A DNA stretch of 63,925 nucleotides, counting the filler, from Octopus bimaculoides (taxonomy: Eukaryota), in NCBI RefSeq assembly GCF_001194135.2. It is 6 parts of 6 records of this genome, joined end to end, with 100 filler letters (N's around TTAATTAATTAA, not from the genome) between each part and the next. Parts side by side here need not be neighbours in the genome. Positions count along the whole stretch, not along the records: positions 37,434 to 57,862 come from NC_068997.1; positions 57,963 to 61,930 come from NC_068990.1; positions 62,031 to 63,925 come from NW_026398697.1; 3 more parts are not named here. One strand, given 5' to 3'. The position numbers were made by a program, and so were the translations under genes. Below, piece by piece: positions 51,887-63,925 of the stretch. The notes under the pieces were generated by a model. It was not told the DNA's origin. It saw only the letters and a list, made by a program, of their open reading frames with translations, and ran no database searches. The stretch's first letter is position 1. Each line of letters starts with the position of its first letter.

Positions 51887-52201
51887 NNNNNNNNNNNNNN
51901 NNNNNNNNNNNNNNNNNNNNNNNNNNNNNNNNNNNNNNNNNNNNNNNNNNNNNNNNNNNNNNNNNNNNNNNNNNNNNNNNNNNNNNNNNNNNNNNNNNNN
52001 NNNNNNNNNNNNNNNNNNNNNNNNNNNNNNNNNNNNNNNNNNNNNNNNNNNNNNNNNNNNNNNNNNNNNNNNNNNNNNNNNNNNNNNNNNNNNNNNNNNN
52101 NNNNNNNNNNNNNNNNNNNNNATATATATATATACATATATATATATGTATATATATATATATACATATATATATATGTGTGTGTGTGTGTGTATATATA
52201 T

Positions 52202-52243
<42 letters not shown>

Positions 52244-52279
52244 GCATGCATATAAATAATAGAACTATGTATATATACT

Positions 52280-52645
52280 ACGGCACTCCGTCAGTTGCGA
52301 CGACAAGGGTTCTAGGTGATCTAGTCAACGGAACAGCCTGCTTGTGAAATTAACGTGCAAGTGGCTGAGTATTCCACAGGCACGTGTACCCTAAACGTAG
52401 TCCTCGGGGAGATACAACGTGACACAGGGTGTGACGAGGCTGGCCCTTTGAAATACAGGTACAACAGAAAGAGGAAGAAAGAGCTAGGGAAATTTGTGGT
52501 AAAGGAGTACAGTAGGGGTCTCCACTACCCCCTGCCGGAGCCCCGTGGACCTTTAGGTGTTTTCGCTCAACGAACACTTAAAATGCCAAGTCTGGGAATC
52601 GAAACTGCGATCCCACGACCATGAGTCTGCTGCCCTTACCACAGG
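52280..52645 (-). mobile_element. Nin-domain-like tRNA SINE
   Basis: Reverse complement of the 31872 copy. Confidence 0.8.
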
Positions 52646-52718
52646 GCCTTTGCGTTTCCACATACATGCATATAAATGATATAATTATAATACATACATA
52701 CATACATACATACATAAA

Positions 52719-52749
<31 letters not shown>

Positions 52750-53253
52750 GGATGCGCATATGTGTATCTACGTATGTGTGCATTTATATGTATGCGATAT
52801 TTTGTCACATTCACACAGCTATATAGAACACAAAAAATCTATACAAGCATACACATGCATACGCATCCATACACACACACACGCACACGCACATACACGT
52901 ACACACACATGAATGTTTATTTCTCGCGCACACTTACACACGCGCGCTAGCACACACATATATGCCCACATTCATACACAAATACACATACATGGCCGTA
53001 CACGCGCACGCAGTCACGTACACCCTTGTCCTCTTGTCATCCTTATGAAAACATCGATTTATGTCCACATGTCATCTGACCGAGATGTTTTCCCGATTAT
53101 GACAGGTGAGTGGACTTCAAAGAGATGTTTGCCTGTGTCACTGTGTTGTGTATGTGTGTGTGTTGTGTGTGTGTGCATCTGTGTGTTGTGTATGTGTCTG
53201 TGTCTTCATGTACGCACCAATGTTGGTATGTATGTACGTGAGTATATATATAG

Positions 53254-53292
<39 letters not shown>

Positions 53293-53479
53293 NNNNNNNN
53301 NNNNNNNNNNNNNNNNNNNNNNNNNNNNNNNNNNNNNNNNNNNNNNNNNNNNNNNNNNNNNNNNNNNNNNNNNNNNNNNNNNNNNNNNNNNNNNNNNNNN
53401 NNNNNNNNNNNNNNNNNNNNNNNNNNNNNNNNNNNNNNNNNNNNNNNNNNNNNNNNNNNNNTGTATGTATGTATGTATA

Positions 53480-53790
53480 TAATAACAGATGTATTAGTTT
53501 AACGCTCGGGAAGTGAAAAAGTATTTAGCGTTTCGAGCCTACGCTCTTCCACAGAAATGAACACAGAAAGAAACAAGGAGAGAAAATAAAGAATGTGTAG
53601 TGGCTAGCGAGATATATATATATAGTGAGAATTTACAAAAAAAAAAGAAAAAAAAGACGAAGACGGGTGTGTAAAGAGCAAACAGATGTACTGGTTTAAC
53701 GCTCGGGAAGTGAAAAAGTCTTTTACGTTTCGAGCCTACGCTCTTCAACAGAAAGGAACACGAAGAAATAAACGGAGAGAGAATATAAAA
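53480..53790 (-). ncRNA. Tandem 197-bp retrozyme-like repeat with two hammerhead motifs (53523-53558, 53720-53755)
   Basis: ATTT-CTGTGGA-A-GAGC-GTAG-GCTC-GAAACGCT-AAAT and CTTT-CTGTTGA-A-GAGC-GTAG-GCTC-GAAACGTA-AAAG, 197 bp apart. Confidence 0.7.
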
Positions 53791-53929
53791 ACTTTTGGAT
53801 CTAGCGGTGAGTAGTCAATAGTCTTTATAGAGTGATTATATTTACTCATAACTTCGCCATTCATATAAAACAGACAGTGGAATAAGAAGACGTCAAGTAA
53901 CAGACATTCGCGCATGCATGTAACCACAT

Positions 53930-54075
53930 GATTCTTTCAGTTTCCTGTCTAGCAAATCCGCTCGCAAGGTTTAGGACGGCCCGGAGCTAAAGTCGAAGAC
54001 ACTTGCCCAAGGTGTCACACAGTGCGACTGAACCCAAAGCAATGTGGATGGAAAGCAAACTTCTTCTCACACAAC
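53930..54075 (-). mobile_element. CORE-like SINE head, degenerate
   Basis: agacacttgcccaaggtg...actgaaccc. Confidence 0.65.
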
Positions 54076-54711
54076 CAGTTTGATCCGGTTCCATGCAGCT
54101 TAAAGATGCGTAGGCTCATAAAACCAACATATACTTCGATAAACATATTTGTGCGCATGTGCATGCTTCTGTGTGCACTTACGCTATTGCGCATTACTAA
54201 TGCAAGTTTAACGGAGAAACAAACAACAAACTTTTTGACTCATCTTGAACTGCTTTACCGAATGTTTGCATTTGTCCCGCTCAGGACTTTTATTTAAAAA
54301 TAAATATGAAATGTGAAATTGAAAAAATATTTCTAACAGCGGACGTCACGAGTAACTTTATCCACATTTATTTTTTAAAATATTGTTTCGAGTTTAACGT
54401 TTTATTCACATCCTCTTTGACTTAATTAACAAACACTTTGAATTAATTAGTAACTTATACTTCAAATTAATTGCAGTTATATATGTCTTAAAAGTGTGTG
54501 TCTGTAACCATATATATATATACGTGTGTGTATATATATGTACATATGTGTGTGAGGGGGTGTATGCGTGTGTGTATACAAACATTTCAATATATATATG
54601 CGTATGTGTGTGTACATATATACATATATACATTAATATATATATGCATATTATATATATACATATACATTTTATATATACATATAAACGTACATATATA
54701 CATGTGCAGGT

Positions 54712-54870
54712 GCATAGCTCAGTGGTTAGCGCGTCGAGCTTACGATCATGAGGTTATGAGTTTGGTTTCCGGACCGGGTTGCGTGTTGTGTTCTTGAGCA
54801 AGACACTTTATTTCACGTTGCTCCAGTTCACTTAGATGTAGAAATAAGTTGCGACGTCACTGGTGTCAAG
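54712..54870 (+). mobile_element. tRNA SINE, CORE/V-like family
   Basis: agctcagtggttagc A box, gttcttgagcaagacactt core. Confidence 0.75.
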
Positions 54871-56024
54871 CGACTGAAGAGAGACAAACACAAACACACT
54901 CAAATACATACATATATATATATATATATATANNNNNNNNNNNNNNNNNNNNNNNNNNNNNNNNNNNNNNNNNNNNNNNNNNNNNNNNNNNNNNNNNNNN
55001 NNNNNNNNNNNNNNNNNNNNNNNNNNNNNNNNNNNNNNNNNNNNNNNNNNNNNNNNNNNNNNNNNNNNNNNNNNNNNNNNNNNNNNNNNNNNNNNNNNNN
55101 NNNNNNNNNNNNNNNNNNNNNNNNNNNNNNNNNNNNNNNNNNNNNNNNNNNNNNNNNNNNNNNNNNNNNNNNNNNNNNNNNNNNNNNNNNNNNNNNNNNN
55201 NNNNNNNNNNNNNNNNNNNNNNNNNNNNNNNNNNNNNNNNNNNNNNNNNNNNNNNNNNNNNNNNNNNNNNNNNNNNNNNNNNNNNNNNNNNNNNNNNNNN
55301 NNNNNNNNNNNNNNNNNNNNNNNNNNNNNNNNNNNNNNNNNNNNNNNNNNNNNNNNNNNNNNNNNNNNNNNNNNNNNNNNNNNNNNNNNNNNNNNNNNNN
55401 NNNNNNNNNNNNNNNNNNNNNNNNNNNNNNNNNNNNNNNNNNNNNNNNNNNNNNNNNNNNNNNNNNNNNNNNATTCATACATACATGCATACATACTCAT
55501 ATATATACGTATATGCATACATACATATATATACATACGTACGTACATACATACATACATGCATACATACATACATACATGTCTTTCATTCTTCCGGAGC
55601 CAACGAAATAGTACCAGTCAATTAATTCGACTGCCCATCCCACCTCACCGCACCAAACTTGCATGTACGCACAGACACACAAACACACACTTACATACAC
55701 ACGCACACACATACATTCAAAGAACATCTGTGGCCTAGTCTATAGCCAACATTAGATACAGGAGCCAACATTACCGTTTCCTGCATATCTAGAACATCTC
55801 AGTCCATTCCTATATTGGAACCATGCTAAACGTTGACATGCTCCAGTAAACATAACTCACACATACTTTTCAAATAATACTCAGGGATTTCTTGTATGTG
55901 AGACTTGGAAAGCTCTTACATAAGACATTTTGTTGGCAACCCACCAAATCGGTTTGGTTTTCCTAGGATATATAAACGTGTATGTGTGCGTGTTACAAAT
56001 GACAAATATATCTAAAACAGAGGC

Positions 56025-56245
56025 ACGTGGCTTAGCGGTTAGAGTGGCAGACGCATAGTTGTGAGATTCTGGTTCCATCCCTGTACGGGGCAATGCGTTG
56101 TGTTCTTGAGCAAAAAATTCATTTCCCGTATCTCCACTTTACTCAGCTGGCAAAATAGAGTAACCCTTCGATTGACCAGCATCCCATCCAGGGGATGTAT
56201 ATACTCCATTGAAACCGAGAAACTGGCATTACGAGTCTCTGTGAG
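56025..56245 (+). mobile_element. tRNA SINE, CORE/V-like family
   Basis: Related to 54712 and 16165. Confidence 0.7.
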
Positions 56246-57104
56246 CTTTATCCTAAAAATATATCTGTACGTTACAAATAGAAGATATACGTGCGTGCGC
56301 GTATAAATTCGTTCTGTTTTAGCTTGTTATGCCATCTGTGTAGAGCCTGTGGATTGCGTGAAGGCACCAGACGGATTATAAAATGTTGTCTGAGTTGTTT
56401 TCCCTCGCATGAAACTAATAGTAGCTCATAAAAATATATACTGTGTCTATTAAATTATATTTATCTTTCACACAGATAGAGTGCGTTTTTTGTACTCCGT
56501 AACAGTACATACATGTAACAGTACATACATGTAACAGTACATACATGACTGAGTGAGTGTGTGTGGGGTCGGATGGGTACAGATATTCAAAATTGAATGC
56601 TTTAAATAACTATTAAATAATTACTAATCAACTACTGGGGTGGGCAAAACAAAACACCACCAATGATACCAGAGGTGATGGACGATGAACCAGTAATACA
56701 GTTACGTTGTCTCGGAAATCTCAAATCATTGGGTGTGAAGTTTTAAGAACGGTGGGTTGCCACGACTAACATGTCGAATGACTGCGTAATGGAATCCCTC
56801 GAGGACACGCTTTTCATCTTCGCTTTAGATATTAGCAGAATGACATAATTAATTAGAGTTGGCTCCATAACTAATATATATATATATATAATATATATAT
56901 ATATATATACAAGGTTATATGAATAGCAAGTCAGCAAGTTAGCTTGTTTTTCTGAAACGGCACAGTATGTGTCAAAGCATATTTAATGTCTGTTAACACG
57001 CAAATATGTTTAATTCCTACCAAGTTTTGCTACAAAATAGTCGTTTTGGGGTTATTTTGTAGCAAGAATAAATATTATTTAATTAGGTTTTTAATGATGT
57101 GTAA

Positions 57105-57862
57105 CATTTGGTACAAGACCACACATCTTGGCAGGAAAGGTTGAAATCGACTAAAGTTCTAGACGTGTTCTTATCTTAGCGATTCAGCAATAATAAGTGA
57201 TAAAACGGGCACAAGGCCAGTAATTTTGAAGATGGGGAGTCGTTAATATTATCGACTCCAATATTTGACGGTACTCTGTTTGATCGGCATTCGAGGAATG
57301 AAAAGTAAAGTTGACCTCTGTGGATTTTGAATTTGGAGAGTGAAGAACTAGAAGAACTACCGCAAGGCATTTTGCCCGACGCTCCATCGATTCTGCTGAC
57401 TCGCCACCTAAGGCTCAATAATATTGGTTCCTGAAGGTGGCGAGCTAGCAGAAAGGTTAGCACGTCGGGCGAAATGCTTAGCGTATTTCGTCTGTCTTTA
57501 TGTTCTGAGATCAGATTGCACCGAGGTCGATTTTGTCTTTCATCCTTTCGGGGTCGATAAATTAAGTACCAGTTACGCACTGGGATTGATGTAATCGACT
57601 TAATCCCTTTGTCTGTCCTTGTTTGTCCCTTCTATGTTTAGCCCCTTGTATGTAATAAAGAAATACGAAACGTTAGCACGCCGGGCGAAATGCTTAGCGG
57701 TATTTCGTCTGTCTTTACGTTCTGAGTTTTGAAATGCCACCGAGGTTGACTTTGCCTTTCATCCTTTCGGGGTCAATAAATTAAGTACCAGTTGCGTACT
57801 GGGGTCGATCTAATCGACTGGCCTCCTACCCCAAAATTTCGGGCCTTGTGCTTAGAGTAGAA
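57105..57862. mobile_element. MetaSINE-like cluster: old minus copy back-to-back with a plus-strand dimer
   Basis: Minus ~57105-57412; plus 57437-57663 and 57666-57862. Confidence 0.8.
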
Positions 57863-57962
57863 NNNNNNNNNNNNNNNNNNNNNNNNNNNNNNNNNNNNNN
57901 NNNNNNTTAATTAATTAANNNNNNNNNNNNNNNNNNNNNNNNNNNNNNNNNNNNNNNNNNNN

Positions 57963-58021
<59 letters not shown>

Positions 58022-58476
58022 AAATCGCAAACAGCTGGAAAGACGGAATGGATCAGTCTTAGAGATATGTTAAAGAGGGAGAAAGATAGAAAGAGAGTGA
58101 GAGACAAGTGACGGGGGGAGTTAGGGAGAGGTGATGCCGTCCACTGTTACGTACGTGTATCGTCAAGCGCATATGCATACAAGCAGAGACCCTAGGGTAA
58201 CACCCTATATCTGGTAATGATCAGAAATCTACTATATACTATGCATTACCTTAAGAATTTATGTAACTTGATTAAAGGCGGATACAACATCTTCATATGA
58301 CATGACAAAATCACACACATACACACACACGCTCGCACGCGCACGTACGTACACACACACACACACACACACACACAAATACACGCACATGTATGTGGTT
58401 TGTAGTATGAACGCGTGCGTGAGTGTTCGTGTACCTATATGTATGCAACTCCATGACAGCGATATATCCATTTCTG

Positions 58477-58531
<55 letters not shown>

Positions 58532-59176
58532 TTTAATATATATATCAAATACAAAATGGGACCAGAACCCAAAACATCCAGATAGACGATACAAAGAAAA
58601 AAAGGACGGNNNNNNNNNNNNNNNNNNNNNNNNNNNNNNNNNNNNNNNNNNNNNNNNNNNNNNNNNNNNNNNNNNNNNNNNNNNNNNNNNNNNNNNNNNN
58701 NNNNNNNNNNNNNNNNNNNNNNNNNNNNNNNNNNNNNNNNNNNNNNNNNNNNNNNNNNNNNNNNNNNNNNNNNNNNNNNNNNNNNNNNNNNNNNNNNNNN
58801 NNNNNNNNNNNNNNNNNNNNNNNNNNNNNNNNNNNNNNNNNNNNNNNNNNNNNNNNNNNNNNNNNNNNNNNNNNNNNNNNNNNNNNNNNNNNNNNNNNNN
58901 NNNNNNNNNNNNNNNNNNNNNNNNNNNNNNNNNNNNNNNNNNNNNNNNNNNNNNNNNNNNNNNNNNNNNNNNNNNNNNNNNNNNNNNNNNNNNNNNNNNN
59001 NNNNNNNNNNNNNNNNNNNNNNNNNNNNNNNNNNNNNNNNNNNNNNNNNNNNNNNNNNNNNNNNNNNNNNNNNNNNNNNNNNNNNNNNNNNNNNNNNNNN
59101 NNNNNNNNNNNNNNNNNNNNNNNNNNNNNNNNNNNNNNNNNNNNNNNNNNNNNNNNNNNNNNNNNNNNNNNNNNNN

Positions 59177-59218
<42 letters not shown>

Positions 59219-59234
59219 TACATACATATATATG

Positions 59235-59268
<34 letters not shown>

Positions 59269-59271
59269 TAT

Positions 59272-59714
59272 ATAAGCTATATTAAATCTCTGAACGAGAT
59301 ATAAACAGTAGCAGTACGGAATCGCAACTTGTAATTGCCAATCAAGTGTGGCGTCTTATACAGGACAGTCATATTGATGTCTACAGCCCGGGAAGACAAC
59401 TCCTCTAGCTGGCTAACGACACACATTCCGTGTCTGATTAGTATTTGCGAGAGGAGGTCATCGCTCTCGTCTCTAGCCTTACGTGATACACACGGACTCG
59501 GCGTGTGTTAATCAGAAACTAGTCATGAAAACTCATTCCACTCGCAAAATACTATATGCTTTTTCTAGCGACAAACTGTCCCTGATCTCGTCTTCCTGGT
59601 GCTATAATCGCCAGTAGCACTGTCCTGAAAAGGACGTCGAACTTGGTTGGCAATTATGTTACGATTCCGTACTGCTCTTGTTTATATCTCGCCCGGAGAT
59701 TTACTATAGCTTAT
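59272..59714. mobile_element. Foldback MITE with ~130-bp TIRs
   Basis: ataagctatattaaatctctgaacgagatataaacag...gcagtacggaatcg mirrored by cgattccgtactgc...cttgtttatatctcgcccggagatttactatagcttat. Confidence 0.85.
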
Positions 59715-61519
59715 TTCTCCTTTTTCGAGATCAGCGACAGTTCGTCGCTGAAAAAGCATATAATATTTTGCGAGCGGAATGAGTTTTCATGCTTTTGTAT
59801 ATTTATCTATTTACTATTAATGCACGGGTGTTTAATAGGTTCCTTTAACAAAATTCTCTTAGATGCAGACATTTGTTCAGGTCTCTTGTATTAGACATCT
59901 TATTCTCTCCTGCCATCAACTACTTAAGTCCTGAAATGCGACACAGACACTTCCTTTCCTTTTCTGTCTAAGCCCCTAAAAAATAAGTTATTGTCCTCCA
60001 CCGCTAAATTCAAAGTTTTCCTTTGTTCTTAAGCTTTTCCAGTTGTCTTCTAGTTTCACTGATTTCTTGCTATGTTGCTGCCGATAGCCTGTGAATTTAT
60101 TACACACTTAAAAATAGTAGCATCTAAAATGCCATGTACTGCCTCGTAAGTCTGTCAATGTTGATTCTGCTTCTATTCAATGTTAATTGTAACTCAGTAT
60201 ATAGTCTATTGAATGTCTATAAATCCGAGGTTTCTATTTGTTCTATTTATGCTAAGTGTTCGTCTACTTATATGATCAATCATTGCTAAGTTTTCAGTTG
60301 ACATTCTTGTAATTTTTCTGTCCTTCAGCAATAAATTGTTACTCTAAAACGAAAAGACTTTTCGTTTTCCATTGCAATGGATTTTGTTGAGAGGAGTTTT
60401 AAGGTTTCTTCGTGAACTGAGTCTTAAAAGCCAGATTCAATTTCAGAATCCGCAGCGACAGGTTAGTGTCCTGCTATTGTTTTGTTTCTAGCTAATGTAT
60501 TCTCTCTATTGCACTTATGTATATTTTGCACAAGTTATTATTGTAATGGGCTTTGATGACGCTATCGCTGTTCATGTCATTGTTGTGATTATGGTTATTT
60601 TTTTACAATACAGCGTATTGGCAGCGTCGTTAGAGTCTTGAAAAGAATACATCGTGATATTTATACCGACGCTCTGCGTTCTGAGTTCAAATCCTGACGA
60701 GGTTTACTTTGTCTTTTCCCATCTCCTGGTCGATAAAGAAAAAATAGAAATATAGGACGGCGAAGCTGTTAGAGATCCGGGCGAAATGCTTTGCAATATC
60801 AGATCCGATTCTTTCCATTCGGAGAGCAACGCTTGGAATGACACTAGTGCCAAGATATATCGATCCAAGTCGGAGGCCTTTGCTTTGTTCAAAATCGGTA
60901 TTTGGTCAAAATCGGTTTTGCGAGGCTTGCGAATAGACGTACAAAAATTTGGTCAACATTAACACCAGATCAGGCCTGATTAAGCGGACATGTAAAAAAA
61001 AAAATTGAGTATAGTGTATTTTTGAATATCAGAGACTACATTGTCAAATGTGTTCTTCCTTTCTAAAAGAGGATGAGGTAAGTTTTAAAAGAAATTTGGT
61101 TACTATTTCTGACAAACTGCACAGCCAATTGTTGGTTTGTTCATTACAAGGGTGTTAACCACGTTTGCGTTAGTTGGTTTTGGGTTCCATTATTATCCTT
61201 TATTTTATAACATAGATAGTTAATTAGCATAATTATCCTTCCGTGGTCGACATGATAAAATATCTATCAAATACTGGAATCAGTTGAAACGACAAATCCC
61301 ATACTTACTGAATCTATGCAAGAATATATCATTTATCATGAAAGTCCTTTCATGTTGTTGCTGCGCTAGTTGTTTCGTACTTATATGTGTGTGTGACGGT
61401 ATAGATCACACAGCTTCTTAGGACTCCAACAACGAAAAGATGGAATACTGAGGTTCCTCAGAAGCAGTACAATCAATCCATTTTTTGTATGTTGTTTCTT
61501 TTCCTTTTTTACCTATTCC

Positions 61520-61930
61520 ACTCATTAGACTGCGGCGATGCTGGAGCACCGCCTTAAAGAGTTTTAGACGAAGAATCGACTCCAGGACTTATTGCTGAAC
61601 CGCTAAGGTCACGGAGACCTAAGCACATTCATATCGGTTGTCAAGTAATGGTGGGAGGAAAAACACAAACACAAAGACATACACATAGATATATATATAT
61701 ACACACACACACGCACACGCACACACACACACACACATACACACACACACACACACATACACACACACACACACATATATATATATCGTATAACACTGTC
61801 AGTAACGACGACGAGGGTTCCAGTTGATGCGATCACGGAACAGCCTGCTCGTGAATTAACGTGCAAGGGGCTGAGCACTCCACAGACACGTGTACCCTTA
61901 ATGTAGTTCTCTGGGAGATTGAGCGTGACA
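61520..61930 (-). mobile_element. CORE-like SINE tail followed by Nin-like SINE fragment
   Basis: Family matches at 61520-61680 and 61795-61930. Confidence 0.7.
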
Positions 61931-62229
61931 NNNNNNNNNNNNNNNNNNNNNNNNNNNNNNNNNNNNNNNNNNNNTTAATTAATTAANNNNNNNNNNNNNN
62001 NNNNNNNNNNNNNNNNNNNNNNNNNNNNNNACCTAATCAATATATCAATCACCCATTTAACCTATTCTAAAAAATAGTGAATTGCGTTCTTCTGTGTTCA
62101 GATTTGAGGCCTAGCTGAGATCAATCTTTGTGTGTTGTGTGACAAATTTGAGGAATCGATATAGTCCATGAAAGAACATATACATTAGTTGGAGATCAAT
62201 ATCATACATTCGTTAATGTGCGAGAATGT

Positions 62230-62580
62230 CTTTTCCTGGTGAACATAGAACGAAGGAATCGTCTCTTTGCAGACATAGACCGAGATCGTCCTGTCTAACC
62301 TGATATAGAACTATCATGTGTCCTCTCTAGAAAGACGTACAACGAGAATGTTTCTTGTCGGTGGTAGAACTCTTTGAAAACAATGGATGGGAAGCAATAT
62401 ACCTTCCTGTACAGATAAATGTTTGAGGATTTGTTGGAACCAGGGTTCACGTGGTGTTCAGAAGTATTGGACTAACTGCGAAGGAGAGAAAATATCCTGC
62501 CAGAAAACTGTTGGAAAGCCACTGAAAAAGCAAATCGTTATATCTGGCTCAAAAGAGAGGACTAGTGGTGCAGCCAGAAC
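62230..62580 (+). mobile_element. Decayed Hero-like RLE endonuclease C-terminus
   Basis: Translates ENNGWEAIYLPVQINV*GFVG...IGLTAKERK, frameshift, KATEKANRYIWLKRE; resembles Hero GW.A..PVEVGCRGFVG...AEKASRWLWLKR. Confidence 0.65.
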
Positions 62581-63925
62581 GAGTAATTGAGGATAATCGA
62601 AACAACTGGCCTAGAGTTGCAATATCTGACTCAACGAAACTTGCGCTGTTGTGCAGGAGCTTTTTTTATTTTTTTATCGTCTATGTCNNNNNNNNNNNNN
62701 NNNNNNNNNNNNNNNNNNNNNNNNNNNNNNNNNNNNNNNNNNNNNNNNNNNNNNNNNNNNNNNNNNNNNNNNNNNNNNNNNNNNNNNNNNNNNNNNNNNN
62801 NNNNNNNNNNNNNNNNNNNNNNNNNNNNNNNNNNNNNNNNNNNNNNNNNNNNNNNNNNNNNNNNNNNNNNNNNNNNNNNNNNNNNNNNNNNNNNNNNNNN
62901 NNNNNNNNNNNNNNNNNNNNNNNNNNNNNNNNNNNNNNNNNNNNNNNNNNNNNNNNNNNNNNNNNNNNNNNNNNNNNNNNNNNNNNNNNNNNNNNNNNNN
63001 NNNNNNNNNNNNNNNNNNNNNNNNNNNNNNNNNNNNNNNNNNNNNNNNNNNNNNNNNNNNNNNNNNNNNNNNNNNNNNNNNNNNNNNNNNNNNNNNNNNN
63101 NNNNNNNNNNNNNNNNNNNNNNNNNNNNNNNNNNNNNNNNNNNNNNNNNNNNNNNNNNNNNNNNNNNNNNNNNNNNNNNNNNNNNNNNNNNNNNNNNNNN
63201 NNNNNNNNNNNNNNNNNNNNNNNNNNNNNNNNNNNNNNNNNNNNNNNNNNNNNNNNNNNNNNNNNNNNNNNNNNNNNNNNNNNNNNNNNNNNNNNNNNNN
63301 NNNNNNNNNNNNNNNNNNNNNNNNNNNNNNNNNNNNNNNNNNNNNNNNNNNNNNNNNNNNNNNNNNNNNNNNNNNNNNNNNNNNNNNNNNNNNNNNNNNN
63401 NNNNNNNNNNNNNNNNNNNNNNNNNNNNNNNNNNNNNNNNNNNNNNNNNNNNNNNNTTATATAACGAAATAACAATGACATAACCAAAATACATTTACGT
63501 TCATTTATTCATCTATTTTATTTACTTTATTTACGGAAAAATTCAGAGATCTAGATCTTATTGCGCCGCGATAATTTGTTAATTATCTGTCACGGTTTTG
63601 TTTTGAAGGTCGACAAATTTCAGATCAAACTGGTTTTTAATGATGTGAAACAACAATAGTGGGAAGTGTTACAATATTTGTAAGAGACTACTTCCCTCCA
63701 CTCCCTCTCTCCCCCCCTCTCTCTCTCTCTCTCTCACACTCCTCTCTCTTTCTCTTTCTCTGTTTCTTTTGCCTTTCCCTTTCCTCCTCATATACATACA
63801 CATGCATTCTGATACGCAGAAACCTAAGCGTTCACACCCATTCTTCCGTCCATCCACCCATTCATCCATCTACCCATTCAGCCAGTCAGCCATATATCCC
63901 AACATACATTGACACAAACATACAC

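Noticed and set aside
56499-56548. 16-bp unit repeated three times
   Set aside because: Ordinary slippage duplication.

Overview
AT-rich, microsatellite-saturated animal genomic DNA with about 7 kb of N gaps. The SINE families and (TA)/(CA)/(GA)/(AAT)/(TAGA)n load strongly suggest a coleoid cephalopod, probably Octopus (inferred from repeat recognition, no search run). No complete recognisable protein-coding gene is present, and nearly all long ORFs in the track are microsatellite or gap artefacts. The window is dominated by tRNA-headed SINEs (Meta-, CORE- and Nin-domain-like), a decayed mariner, several MITE/foldback elements, and remnants of Penelope-like, Hero, RTE and Gypsy elements. A few candidate exons suggest an unidentified minus-strand gene; the best is 33989-34154. 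The most interesting signal is five minimal type I hammerhead-ribozyme motifs (679-724, 19484-19519, 27879-27913, 53523-53558, 53720-53755). Two of them form a 197-bp tandem, retrozyme-like repeat. They show stem covariation and a recurrent non-canonical core (CUGUUGA). SINE and MITE boundaries are approximate, read by eye.
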